A DNA stretch of 64,000 bases from Ignavibacteriaceae bacterium. GTDB lineage: Bacteria > Bacteroidota > Ignavibacteria > Ignavibacteriales > Ignavibacteriaceae. The stretch's first letter is position 1, and each line of letters opens with the position of its first letter. Where the stretch lies: NCBI GenBank assembly GCA_013042995.1, contig JABDPB010000012.1, positions 25,093 to 89,092 on the forward strand, in the 5' to 3' direction. This document shows, one piece after another, positions 36,919 to 48,402 of the stretch. The notes below the pieces were generated by a model, which was given only the letters and a program-made list of their open reading frames with translations, ran no database searches and was not told the origin of the DNA. The position numbers were made by a program, and so were the translations under genes.

Positions 36919-37393
36919 AGTAATAAGAGATTTATCACTTGTGGAGAACGAACTGTCTTCAATTCAGTCAGGAGTGTTGGCAGTAGCAATACAAAAAGAT
37001 ACCCTTACACAATTTGCAACAAATTTTGTCTATCAGAATAAAAACATTTTTGTTTTTATTACTAATGATGAATTGCTGCGAACGATTAAGTTCAATTCAC
37101 CTGCAAAGTTTACAATTTTAAAAGAAAAAAATACTTTAAAAGAATTGAGGGACGAACAGGATCCTTATTACAGGTTGTTTTACATTGTAGTAACGGGTCT
37201 GTTCAGAGAGGTTGAAGAGAAAAAAATTATAAACGACATTAAACAAAGTTATATTGAAAAATATTCAGGGAAGCTTCTTATAAACGGCAAGGCAACTGCC
37301 AGCTTAGGTAAGCTCTATTTTATTGACTCAGAAGAACTTTTAGCTTTTGATGAAATCGGTCTTAAAATCCTATCGCAGTTTAAAGTCTCTTAA
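36902..37393 (+). CDS. Hypothetical protein (163 aa from the ATG; the ORF track opens at TTG 36875)
   Basis: The ATG at 36902 overlaps the helicase 3' end by 17 nt. No confident family; a vague split-barrel/PNPOx-like impression only. Confidence 0.4.
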   Translation: MEKKTKVIRDLSLVENELSSIQSGVLAVAIQKDTLTQFATNFVYQNKNIFVFITNDELLRTIKFNSPAKFTILKEKNTLKELRDEQDPYYRLFYIVVTGLFREVEEKKIINDIKQSYIEKYSGKLLINGKATASLGKLYFIDSEELLAFDEIGLKILSQFKVS

Positions 37394-37426
37394 ATCTATT
37401 AAAAAGTGAAATACTGGAGCAGATAA

Positions 37427-39055
37427 ATGGCGCTGAATTACATCTGGCTTGGATTACTGCTTCTTGGAGTTGGTGCTGCTTTAACAACTGATATTATTGA
37501 TCAATCCTCTGATAAATACCGCAATAACATTCCTATAGAGTTATTTATTTCCGTTGAAGAAAATAGTAATGAGTTAAGTGACGGCAATAATAATGTAAAA
37601 GTAAATGTGATGGCAGATGAATTTAATACTACTTACAACGACAGTATTAATTTAGACATCACATCAGATGCAGTTCTGCTGTATAGCAGGGAGAAACAAG
37701 TGGGAACAATTATAATTAAGGGAAACGGAAGATTCCCCTCACTTTGGAAGGAAATGGCAAGGGCTTCAGGCGAAGAAGATGATTTACTCGGACAAATAAA
37801 ATTAATTCAAAGGAATGCTGATAATTCTTACAAAGCTGAAATAGTTTTTGAACAAATTTCTTTTGCAAAAATGAAAACTTTAACTGATGCAGCTTTGGAT
37901 TATGCAGGAACAGCGGTAACAATTGCATTTGGACTGATTGGAATTATGGCTTTGTGGCTTGGTGTAATGAAAGTTGCAGAAGAAGCTGGATTGATAAAAA
38001 TAATTGCCAATGCTTTAAAACCTATTACAAAAAGATTGTTTCCCGAAATTCCTTCCGATCATCCTGCTATGAGCTCAATGATAATGAACATTTCTGCAAA
38101 TATGCTTGGACTTGGAAATGCTGCTACACCTTTTGGACTGAAGGCTATGGAGGAAATGGAAAAAATAAATCCAAACAAAGGCACGGCGACAAATTCAATG
38201 GTAACATTTTTAGCAATTAATACTGCCGGACTAACACTAATTCCTGCAACTGCAATTGCTGTTCGTGCTGCATCAGGCAGTTCAAACCCTGCAATAATTA
38301 TCGGCACTTCAATCTTTGGTGCATTTTGTGCTACTGTTGCCGGAGTTTCTGCAGCAAAAATAATTGAAAAGTTTTATTTGAAATCGTGGAGCTTTGTAGC
38401 GTGGTTAAAAAAGAATATAAAAATTATTTTATCATTGATACTATTCATAATTGCAGTAGTTTTAGTTTTTGCAACTGGTTTGTTCAATCAAATTGCATCA
38501 ATTATTTCACCTTCGGGATTTAGAAGTATAATTGAAGTAATATCTGCACTTGCTATTCCTCTCCTAATCTTAATTTTTATAGGATACGGTGCAATTAAAA
38601 AAGTAAAAGTATATGAAAGTTTTGTTGAAGGTGCAAAAGATGGCTTTACAATTGCAGTAAAAATAATTCCTTATTTGGTTGCAATGCTTGTTGCAATTGG
38701 AATTTTCAGAGCAGGCGGTGCAATGGAATGGTTAATTTATATTCTTAGTCCAATTACAAGTTTTATAGGTTTTCCTGCTGATGCACTTCCAATGGCTTTG
38801 ATGAGGCCGCTTTCCGGAAGCGGATCGTTGGGAATTATGTCGGAAAATCTTGCAGTTTACGGTCCTGATTCATTTGTAGGTGTGCTGGTTTCAACTTTTT
38901 ACGGAAGCACTGAAACAACTTTTTATGTGCTTGCGGTTTATTTTGGCTCGGTCAATATCAAAAACACAAGACATGCATTGCCCGTAGGGCTAATTGCAGA
39001 TGTTGCAGGAATTCTCGGCGCATTATTTATAGTGCGGTTACTTTTTTCAGCCTAA
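37427..39055 (+). CDS. Nucleoside-recognition (Gate) domain membrane protein, SpmA/SpmB-like fusion
   Basis: ALWLGVMKVAEEAGL, NMLGLGNAATPFGLKAMEEM, and C-terminal MRPLSGSGSLG...VYFGS, typical of spore maturation protein A/B homologs. Confidence 0.7.
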   Translation: MALNYIWLGLLLLGVGAALTTDIIDQSSDKYRNNIPIELFISVEENSNELSDGNNNVKVNVMADEFNTTYNDSINLDITSDAVLLYSREKQVGTIIIKGNGRFPSLWKEMARASGEEDDLLGQIKLIQRNADNSYKAEIVFEQISFAKMKTLTDAALDYAGTAVTIAFGLIGIMALWLGVMKVAEEAGLIKIIANALKPITKRLFPEIPSDHPAMSSMIMNISANMLGLGNAATPFGLKAMEEMEKINPNKGTATNSMVTFLAINTAGLTLIPATAIAVRAASGSSNPAIIIGTSIFGAFCATVAGVSAAKIIEKFYLKSWSFVAWLKKNIKIILSLILFIIAVVLVFATGLFNQIASIISPSGFRSIIEVISALAIPLLILIFIGYGAIKKVKVYESFVEGAKDGFTIAVKIIPYLVAMLVAIGIFRAGGAMEWLIYILSPITSFIGFPADALPMALMRPLSGSGSLGIMSENLAVYGPDSFVGVLVSTFYGSTETTFYVLAVYFGSVNIKNTRHALPVGLIADVAGILGALFIVRLLFSA

Positions 39056-39070
39056 GATATAAATAGTGTT

Positions 39071-40024
39071 ATGAAAGTTTTCATCACTCGTGAGCTTCCA
39101 GAGGTTGCATTTACGCAGCTAAGCAAAAATAATATACCATTTGACTATTATAAAGCCGATAAACCAATTCCACGATCAGTTCTGCTAAAAAATGTAAAAG
39201 GCTGCACAGCATTAATATCACTATTAACAGAAAAAATTGATAAAATATTAATTAATACTATGCCCGACTGTAAAATAATTGCAAATTATGCAGTTGGTTA
39301 TAATAATATTGATGTTGATTATGCAAAAAAGCAAAAAATAATTGTAACAAATACGCCAGACGTACTAACCGATTCTACAGCAGACTTAACAATTGCACTA
39401 TTGCTTGCTTGTGCCAGAAGATTAAGTGAAGGAGAGATGATGATACACGCTGGAGAATATAAGGGATGGAAACCGAAACTTTTACTTGGGACTGAACTAA
39501 AAGGTAAATCATTTGGAATTCTTGGTGCGGGAAGAATTGGAACTGCTGTTGCGAAAAGGGCCATGGGTTTTGGTGTTAAAATTTTGTACACAGACAGGTC
39601 TAAAAACGAACAAATTGAAAAAATTACTGGGGCTAAAAAAGTATCTGATGTGACACTTCTTAAAAAATCCGATTTCATCTCAATTCATCTTCCTTTAAAT
39701 AAATACACGTTTCATTATTTAAATAGTAAAAGATTATCGCTCTTAAAAAAGGAATCAATTTTAATTAACACCGCCCGCGGTGAAATAATTGATGAAACTG
39801 CGTTGATAAAAATGTTGAAAAAAGGAAAATTAAAAGCTGTTGGGCTAGATGTATTTGAAAATGAACCCAGTGTAAACAAAGAACTGCTAAAATTTAATAA
39901 CGTTCTCGTACTACCACATCTAGGTAGTGCATCAGTAGAAGCAAGAAATGCAATGGCAGAACTTGCTGTTGAAAATGTTATTAATGTACTAAGAGGGAAA
40001 AGACCAATTACTCCTGTTATCTAG
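39071..40024 (+). CDS. D-2-hydroxyacid dehydrogenase (glyoxylate/hydroxypyruvate reductase-like)
   Basis: NAD motif GILGAGRIGTAVAKRA, INTARGEIIDE, LPHLGSAS. Confidence 0.85.
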   Translation: MKVFITRELPEVAFTQLSKNNIPFDYYKADKPIPRSVLLKNVKGCTALISLLTEKIDKILINTMPDCKIIANYAVGYNNIDVDYAKKQKIIVTNTPDVLTDSTADLTIALLLACARRLSEGEMMIHAGEYKGWKPKLLLGTELKGKSFGILGAGRIGTAVAKRAMGFGVKILYTDRSKNEQIEKITGAKKVSDVTLLKKSDFISIHLPLNKYTFHYLNSKRLSLLKKESILINTARGEIIDETALIKMLKKGKLKAVGLDVFENEPSVNKELLKFNNVLVLPHLGSASVEARNAMAELAVENVINVLRGKRPITPVI

Positions 40025-40100
40025 TACATATCAAGATAATCCATATTGCATCTCTATTAGTGAATAGGTAGTTTTGAAATTAAAAAAAAGTGAAAAGTTA

Positions 40101-41222
40101 ATGAGAATTGGTATACCTCACGAAACCTGCTGGGAGGAAAGACGCATTGCGCTCGCTCCTGCCGGTGTAGATTCTCTGGTAAGAGCTGGACACACCGTTT
40201 ACTTGCAAAGTGGTGCTGGAGAATCAAGTCATTTTAGTAATGAAGATTACCGTAATGTTGGAGCCACAATTGTTTATAACGTTGAAGAAGTTTTTGGAAG
40301 ATCTGAGCTTGTTACTAAGGTTGCACCAATAACTGAAGAAGAAGCAGGATTATTAGTTGATAATCAAATTCTATTGTCATTCATGCATCTTGCTGTTGGA
40401 AGAAAAAACATAGTGGATATTCTTCTGAAAAAGAAGATTACTGCTATTGGTTTAGAATTAATTGAACGAGATTCTCGTCTTCCTATTCTTCAATCTATGA
40501 GTGAAATAGCTGGACCACTTGCAATACAAGTTGCAGAGAGATATTTGGAGAGCTATACTAAAGATGGAAGAGGAATTTTACTTGGCGGCATTACAGGGGT
40601 TGCACCTGCAGCAATTGTAATTCTAGGGGCTGGAGTAGTAGGAATCACTGCCGCTCGAGCTGCTTTGGGCAGAGGTGCACAAGTAATTGTAATTGATACT
40701 GATCTGGATCGTTTAAGACATGTGGAAACAGAATTTAACACAGGAATTACCACAGTAATGGCTAATCCTTATACTATTTCTCGTGGTGTGAGATTTGCCG
40801 ATGTTCTTATCGGCGCAGTTTTAATTAAAGGAGAAAAAACCCCACATGTGGTTAACGAAGAAATGGTTAAGCAAATGAAAAAGGGTGCGGTTATTGTAGA
40901 TGTATCAATTGACCAGGGTGGATGCATTGAAACTAGTCGTATTACAACAATTTCTAATCCTGTATTTTCAATACACAATGTTATTCATTACTGTGTTCCA
41001 AATATGCCCACTTTAGTATCAAGAACAGCAAGTTATGGCTTAACAAATTCATCTTTAGAATATATATTAAGCATTGCTGAAAATGGATTATCGAATGCAT
41101 TAATGGAAGACAAAGGTTTAACAAAAGGTGTTTGTACATACAATGGCAACTGCACAAATGAATTTTTAGCAAACTCTTTCGATTTTAATTATAAGAAGAT
41201 TCATATTTTCTCAACAAACTAG
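40101..41222 (+). CDS. ald: Alanine dehydrogenase family protein
   Basis: MRIGIPHE...ERRIALAPAGV, ILGAGVVGITAARAA, VDVSIDQGGCIETS, HYCVPNMP. The ORF track start at 40074 is an upstream TTG. Confidence 0.8.
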   Translation: MRIGIPHETCWEERRIALAPAGVDSLVRAGHTVYLQSGAGESSHFSNEDYRNVGATIVYNVEEVFGRSELVTKVAPITEEEAGLLVDNQILLSFMHLAVGRKNIVDILLKKKITAIGLELIERDSRLPILQSMSEIAGPLAIQVAERYLESYTKDGRGILLGGITGVAPAAIVILGAGVVGITAARAALGRGAQVIVIDTDLDRLRHVETEFNTGITTVMANPYTISRGVRFADVLIGAVLIKGEKTPHVVNEEMVKQMKKGAVIVDVSIDQGGCIETSRITTISNPVFSIHNVIHYCVPNMPTLVSRTASYGLTNSSLEYILSIAENGLSNALMEDKGLTKGVCTYNGNCTNEFLANSFDFNYKKIHIFSTN

Positions 41223-41255
41223 TTTTATGTAAATACTAAATCACTTTATTATTTG

Positions 41256-42608
41256 ATGACAATTGTGGATGAACTGAAACAGAAAAATTTACCAGCAAAT
41301 ATTCTGAATATTTATAATAAGAAACTGACTTCTGCTGATGAAGCTGTAAGAAGAATAAAATCAGGCGATAATGTTGTTGTACACCCCGGCTGTGCTGTTC
41401 CACAGGAACTAGTGGCTGCTATGGTTAGACGAAAAAATGAACTTGAGAATGTGACACTATACCATATATTAATTGTTGGTGAGCTGCCATACGTAGAATC
41501 AGGTATGGAAGATCATTTTAAGCACAAAGCTTTTTTTATTGGTGCAAACACAAGAAAAGCAGTTCACGAAGGACGTGCAGAGTTCATTCCTATTTTTCTT
41601 TCTGAACTTCCATTGCTTTTTAAAAGAGATATAATACCGGTTGATATTGCTTTGCTCAATCTTTCACCGCCAGATGAACATGGTTTCTGCAGCTATGGCG
41701 TTGATGTAGGAACAATTAAAAGCGCTGCCGAAAGAGCAAAAATAATAATTGCACAAATAAATTCTGAAATGCCGCGCTGTTTAGGAGACAGTTTTATCCA
41801 TATTAATAAAATTGATTATTTATTTGAGCACACTGAACCAATTCAGGAATTACCACAGATTGATCCTAATGCAAGCGAAGAATTACTGAGAGTATATGAT
41901 ACGATAGGTAGAAGAGTTGCAGATTTAATTGAAGATGGTTCCACTTTGCAAATGGGAATTGGAGCGATCCCCGATTGCGTAATGAAATATTTAAGAGATA
42001 AAAAGGATCTTGGAATACATACAGAAATGTTTTCCGATGGAATAATTCCACTTGTTCAAGAAGGAATAATAAATGGTGAACAAAAATCACTTCATCCTGG
42101 AAAAATAATTGTAGGTTTTGTATTAGGCACGCGGAAAGTATTTGATTTTGTTGATAACAATCCTGTAATAGAATTTCATCCACAAGAATATGTAAATGAT
42201 CCCTTTATAATAGCTAAGAACAAAAAAATGGTAGCGCTCAACTCTGCAATAGAAATAGATTTGTCAGGACAGGTTTGTGCGGATTCTATTGGCTCTAAAA
42301 TTTTTAGCGGCATAGGTGGACAAGTTGATTTTATAAGAGGAGCTGCTCACTCAGAAGGTGGTAAACCAATTATTGCACTTCCATCAACAACAAAAGATGG
42401 AAAAGTATCCCGAATCGTTCCTCAATTGCGGCAAGGTGCAGGTGTTGTTACCTCGCGCGGCGATGTTCATTATATAGTTACAGAACATGGTGTCGCACAT
42501 CTTTTTGGAAAATCGTTGAAAGAAAGAGCAAGAGAACTTATTAAAATTGCACATCCTAATTTTAGAGATGATTTAACAAAATTCGCTAAGGAAACTCGCC
42601 ACATTTAG
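41256..42608 (+). CDS. Acetyl-CoA hydrolase/transferase family protein (4-hydroxybutyrate CoA-transferase-like)
   Basis: ~450 aa with LQMGIGAIPD, NSAIEIDLSGQV, GIGGQVDF, VTEHGVA. Confidence 0.8.
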   Translation: MTIVDELKQKNLPANILNIYNKKLTSADEAVRRIKSGDNVVVHPGCAVPQELVAAMVRRKNELENVTLYHILIVGELPYVESGMEDHFKHKAFFIGANTRKAVHEGRAEFIPIFLSELPLLFKRDIIPVDIALLNLSPPDEHGFCSYGVDVGTIKSAAERAKIIIAQINSEMPRCLGDSFIHINKIDYLFEHTEPIQELPQIDPNASEELLRVYDTIGRRVADLIEDGSTLQMGIGAIPDCVMKYLRDKKDLGIHTEMFSDGIIPLVQEGIINGEQKSLHPGKIIVGFVLGTRKVFDFVDNNPVIEFHPQEYVNDPFIIAKNKKMVALNSAIEIDLSGQVCADSIGSKIFSGIGGQVDFIRGAAHSEGGKPIIALPSTTKDGKVSRIVPQLRQGAGVVTSRGDVHYIVTEHGVAHLFGKSLKERARELIKIAHPNFRDDLTKFAKETRHI

Positions 42609-42614
42609 GATTTT

Positions 42615-43304
42615 ATGATTGCTGTTATCGGGGATATACATGGCTGCTTCTTTACGCTTAAAAAGCTTTACAATTCTATTTTAAATAAATACCCAGAGAT
42701 TGCTGTTTATTCTGTCGGTGACTTAGTTGACCGTGGTAATTACAGTTATGAAGTTGTTGATTTTATAAAAAAAAATAAAATAACATTTGTTGCGGGTAAT
42801 CACGATTACATGTTTTATTATTTTATAAAACACCCGTCTAGCCCATTTGGCAGGTCCTGGATCTATAATGGTTCGGAAGCAACTCTTGATTCGTACAGTA
42901 ACCGTTTTACAGAAATGCAGCGTCACTTAAATTTTATCATCAGAGCTCCGCTTACATTAGATTTGTTTGATTGCTTTATTTCTCATGCAGGTATTTCAAG
43001 TTACTATTCGCGTAAGCTTGGTAAAAAACCTCTTGAAAAAAGGAAAAAAATGATAAACATTGTTGAAAATGATTTAAACAATGAGCATGGTGTATTGTGG
43101 ACCCGGGATAAACTATTGAATCTTGGCAAATTGCAGATTGTAGGACATACAAGGTTTGAAGAAATCTATCATGATAAATCAAATAACGCTGTTTATGTTG
43201 ATACTGCTGCTTGTTCCGGAAATAAATTAAGTGCAGTAGTTGTAAATGAAAATGAAATAGTTGATAAACTATCAGTTCCGACTGATCCAAAAGATATTAG
43301 TTAG
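42615..43304 (+). CDS. Metallophosphoesterase (PPP-family Ser/Thr phosphatase / ApaH-PrpE-like)
   Basis: GDIHGC, GDLVDRG, GNHD, VGHT. Confidence 0.8.
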   Translation: MIAVIGDIHGCFFTLKKLYNSILNKYPEIAVYSVGDLVDRGNYSYEVVDFIKKNKITFVAGNHDYMFYYFIKHPSSPFGRSWIYNGSEATLDSYSNRFTEMQRHLNFIIRAPLTLDLFDCFISHAGISSYYSRKLGKKPLEKRKKMINIVENDLNNEHGVLWTRDKLLNLGKLQIVGHTRFEEIYHDKSNNAVYVDTAACSGNKLSAVVVNENEIVDKLSVPTDPKDIS

Positions 43305-43330
43305 CAGAAAAGATTTTAGGCATTATTGTA

Positions 43331-44650
43331 ATGAATGAAAAAGAAAATCTTCTATCCCTGTCAATATCCGATTTCATACAGCGTTTAATAGTAGAAAAGA
43401 TCAATAAGTTTTATTTTGTATTTGATGATAAAAAAAAGAAACTGATTGCATCTCACCAATCTCTCCAGCCGATCGCTGACTTTTTCTCGAAGGATAAAAG
43501 AGATTTTATTATACACGAAGGTTGGTTTTGTAAAATTTCCGATCAATTCAACATGCTGCTTGGTGCGTTTGTTCATAGAACAAACAGGGGACAGGCTGCT
43601 GGAGGGGTAAGATATTGGAACTATGATACAATAGAGGATTATTTTAGAGATGGTTTGCGGCTTGCAACAGGAATGACTTTTAAAAATGCTCTTGCGGGAT
43701 TGTGGTGGGGCGGTGGTAAAGGCGTTATTGCTCATAACTCTCAGCATGATAAATCTGATCCGAAAATCAGAGAAAAGATTTACTCGGAATACGGAGCTTT
43801 TATGTCTTCACTAAATGGCTGTTACGTAACGGCAGAAGACGTGGGGACAAGTGTTGAAGATATGGCAAATGTCTTTTCAAATACCCGTTTTACAACTTGC
43901 ATTCCGCTGGAGTTTGGAGGGAGCGGTAATCCTTCAGTGCCTACCGCGAAAGGTGTTATTTGTGGAATTGAAGCCGCACTTGATTTTTTACATATGGGAA
44001 CTCTTGAAAATAAAACTATTGCTATTCAGGGTTTAGGTCATGTTGGTAAACCACTCGTTGAATTTTTGCTTGAGAAAAGAGTAAAAAAAATAGTAGGAAC
44101 AGATATTAATCTGACTAACATTAAAAATCTTGAAAAGAATTTTGGTGGAAAAAATTTAGAATGTCGTTTAGTTGATAAAAATGATATCTCAATCTTTTCT
44201 GAAGAGTGCGATATATTTTCACCAAATGCTACTGGTGCAATTATAAATGAAGAAACGATTCCTCTTTTAAAGGCAAAAATAGTATGCGGTGCCGCAAACA
44301 ATCAGCTTGAAGATACTCCAAGAGATGGTAAAATACTACTTGAAAAGGAAATAGCTTACGTGCCAGATTTTCTTACAAACCGAATGGGAATAGTAACATG
44401 TGCAAACGAACAATATGGCTATATTAATAACGATCCCTTAATTGAATCACATTTTAGTAATGAATTGGAGCACTCTATTTACAATCGTGCAATGCAAGTG
44501 TTAAATGAATCAAAAAATGAAAACAAACCAGCTTCTGAAATTGCGTTGCAGCTTGCAAATAAACTTTCAAAAGAAAACCATCCAATATTTGGGCATAGGG
44601 GTAAAGAGATTATTAAATCTTTAGTTGAGAATAAGTGGCATTTGCATTAG
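43331..44650 (+). CDS. Glu/Leu/Phe/Val dehydrogenase family protein (leucine dehydrogenase-like) with an N-terminal extension
   Basis: GGVRYW, catalytic GGGKGVI, Rossmann IQGLGHVGKPL, GAANNQL. Confidence 0.8.
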   Translation: MNEKENLLSLSISDFIQRLIVEKINKFYFVFDDKKKKLIASHQSLQPIADFFSKDKRDFIIHEGWFCKISDQFNMLLGAFVHRTNRGQAAGGVRYWNYDTIEDYFRDGLRLATGMTFKNALAGLWWGGGKGVIAHNSQHDKSDPKIREKIYSEYGAFMSSLNGCYVTAEDVGTSVEDMANVFSNTRFTTCIPLEFGGSGNPSVPTAKGVICGIEAALDFLHMGTLENKTIAIQGLGHVGKPLVEFLLEKRVKKIVGTDINLTNIKNLEKNFGGKNLECRLVDKNDISIFSEECDIFSPNATGAIINEETIPLLKAKIVCGAANNQLEDTPRDGKILLEKEIAYVPDFLTNRMGIVTCANEQYGYINNDPLIESHFSNELEHSIYNRAMQVLNESKNENKPASEIALQLANKLSKENHPIFGHRGKEIIKSLVENKWHLH

Positions 44651-44663
44651 TTTGGATATGTAA

Positions 44664-44700
44664 TAAAAAAGGCGAGCATTTTATACTCGCCTTTAAGTTT
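44664..44700. terminator. Bidirectional rho-independent terminator between convergent genes
   Basis: AAAAAGGCGAG / CTCGCCTTT stem (44666-44694) with A-run and T-run flanks, between the dehydrogenase and groEL 3' ends. Confidence 0.75.
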
Positions 44701-44716
44701 TTGTGAAGCAGAACTA

Positions 44717-46357
<1,641 letters not shown>

Positions 46358-46396
46358 TTATTTACCTTCTTTTTTTGTTATCAAATTCTTAATTAC

Positions 46397-46693
46397 TTAT
46401 GGAATGATTGCAAAAACATCGCTTTCGCGCATTATCAAATACTCTTCACCATCTATTGTTACTTCAGTTCCACTATATTTACCATAAAGCACTTTATCAC
46501 CAACTTTTACTGTCAACTTTATAAGCTCGCCGTTATCAGCAACTTTGCCCGGTCCGGCTGCTACAATAGTTCCTTCCACTGGTTTTTCTTTAGCTGTATC
46601 CGGTAGAATTATGCCGCCTTTAGTTTTTTCTTCAGCTTCTGCGGCTTGCACTACAACCCTATCAGTAAGCGGATTTAGCTTTAATTTTGCCAT
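46397..46693 (-). CDS. groS: Co-chaperonin GroES
   Basis: 98 aa; [10 protein letters not shown]-type N-terminus, [13 protein letters not shown] mobile loop. Confidence 0.97.
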   Translation of the reverse strand: MAKLKLNPLTDRVVVQAAEAEEKTKGGIILPDTAKEKPVEGTIVAAGPGKVADNGELIKLTVKVGDKVLYGKYSGTEVTIDGEEYLIMRESDVFAIIP

Positions 46694-46724
46694 GTTTGAC
46701 TCCTTATTTTAATTATGTTAATTA

Positions 46725-46751
46725 TTAGCACTCTAAAAAAGAGAGTGCTAA
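46725..46751 (-). promoter_or_regulatory. CIRCE operator (HrcA binding site) of groES-groEL
   Basis: Perfect TTAGCACTC-N9-GAGTGCTAA, located 31 nt upstream of the groES start codon. Confidence 0.95.
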
Positions 46752-46778
46752 AATAATATTATTGTGCTATTTTGTCAA
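46750..46778 (-). promoter_or_regulatory. Sigma70-type promoter candidate for groES-groEL
   Basis: On the minus strand: TTGACA (46778-46773), 17 nt spacer, TATTTT (46755-46750). It abuts and overlaps CIRCE. Confidence 0.55.
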
Positions 46779-46887
46779 GTCCTAAAACCTTAGAAAAATT
46801 AAAAATTTCAACGTTTTTCATCGATTTGTTACTATATTTGCTTTTGTGTGATTTTAATCAAAGACAGAAATCTCTACTGAGGTACAC

Positions 46888-47670
46888 TTGCAACTGCGTC
46901 ATGAGCTGAAAAAATTAATCGGAATAATTAAAGAACTTGATAAAAAAGTTGTTACAATTTTTTTATCTGTAGCTGTGCTGCAAACTATTTCATACTACAT
47001 TACATCCAGAAGATTTTTTAGGGTTAACCTTTTTAACTACCTGCAGTCTGATCCAGATGTTTTTTTAATTGAATATCTCTACTGGTTCATTAGTGACTTT
47101 ATTACATTTTTTATTCTTGCTGTTTTAATCATAAAAATAATTCTAAAAGAACGATTAACTGATTATGGTTTAACCTGGGGTGAGCACAAAATTGGGCTAT
47201 CAATATCAGCCATATTTTTGGTCGTGATGCTGCCTGTAATATGGTTTTTTTCTGCAACACCTGAGTTTGTTGAAAAATATCCTCACCTACTTTCTGCTAG
47301 ATCTGACTGGGGTGAGTTTTCAATGTATGAGATTGGAATGCTCATTTATATGTTTAGCTGGGAATTTATCTGGCGAGGATTTATGCTATTCGGCTTAAAA
47401 GATAAATTTGGATATTATGCAGTGCTAATTCAAATGATTCCTTTTGTAATTTTGCATAACGGAAAACCATTTGCTGAAACTTTTGGTGCAATTGGGGGGG
47501 GAATTGCTTTGGGCATTTTAGCTTTCCGTACTAATTCATTTCTCTATGGTGTTATAACTCATATGGGAATAATGTTTTCAATTGATTTTATTTGCACATT
47601 AAGATTTCGAGCAAACGACTATGGCGTTGGAATAGATTCATTTTTAAATTTGATAACCAATATTTTTTAG
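46888..47670 (+). CDS. CPBP family intramembrane glutamic endopeptidase (CAAX protease-like)
   Basis: Multi-TM protein; SWEFIWRGFM (EExxxR-like motif) and the later ITHMGIMF His motif. TTG start. Confidence 0.7.
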   Translation: MQLRHELKKLIGIIKELDKKVVTIFLSVAVLQTISYYITSRRFFRVNLFNYLQSDPDVFLIEYLYWFISDFITFFILAVLIIKIILKERLTDYGLTWGEHKIGLSISAIFLVVMLPVIWFFSATPEFVEKYPHLLSARSDWGEFSMYEIGMLIYMFSWEFIWRGFMLFGLKDKFGYYAVLIQMIPFVILHNGKPFAETFGAIGGGIALGILAFRTNSFLYGVITHMGIMFSIDFICTLRFRANDYGVGIDSFLNLITNIF

Positions 47671-47679
47671 GAGTTTAAA

Positions 47680-48393
47680 ATGAGATTTGCATTAAATGTA
47701 GATCATGTTGCAACTTTAAGAAATGCAAGAGGCGAGGTTCAACCTGATCCGGTAACTGCAGCACTTTTGGCTGAACAGGCTGGTGTAGATGGTATTGTAT
47801 TTCATTTGCGGGAAGATAGAAGACATATAAATGAAAGAGATGTACGGCTTCTTCGCGAGCTAGTAACTACCAAACTCGATTTCGAGATGGCTGCGGCTGA
47901 AGAGATAATTAAAATTGCGTGCGATGTGGGACCTGAATTGGCAACCCTTGTTCCAGAGAAAAGACAGGAGCTTACAACTGAAGGAGGATTAAATGTAATT
48001 GATAATCTTTCTTTAATCAGGGATACAATAAAAGAGTTACATAAAGCAAATATAGATGTTTCAATTTTTACTGAACCAGATATTGATCAGATCGATGTCT
48101 CTGCTGAAATAGAAGCAGATTTTATTGAAATTCACACAGGCGTTTTTGCAAATGCTGTTACCGAAGAAGAACAGTTTGATGAATTAGAAAAAATCAGAGG
48201 TGCCGCAAAGCATATAAAAAAATTAGGTCTTGGGGTGAATGCAGGACACGGATTAAATTACCAGAACATGAAAATCTTTAGAGAGCTGACTGATATTGAT
48301 GAAGTAAGTATCGGTCACGCAGTTATTGCCAGAGCTGTTTTTGTTGGAATAACAGAAGCAGTAAATGAAATGTTCCGTGTTCTAAGAGACTGA
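47680..48393 (+). CDS. pdxJ: Pyridoxine 5'-phosphate synthase
   Basis: LNVDHVATLRNARG, FHLREDRRHI, EIHTG, NAGHGLNY. Confidence 0.95.
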   Translation: MRFALNVDHVATLRNARGEVQPDPVTAALLAEQAGVDGIVFHLREDRRHINERDVRLLRELVTTKLDFEMAAAEEIIKIACDVGPELATLVPEKRQELTTEGGLNVIDNLSLIRDTIKELHKANIDVSIFTEPDIDQIDVSAEIEADFIEIHTGVFANAVTEEEQFDELEKIRGAAKHIKKLGLGVNAGHGLNYQNMKIFRELTDIDEVSIGHAVIARAVFVGITEAVNEMFRVLRD

Positions 48394-48402
48394 ACTAAAT
48401 AA

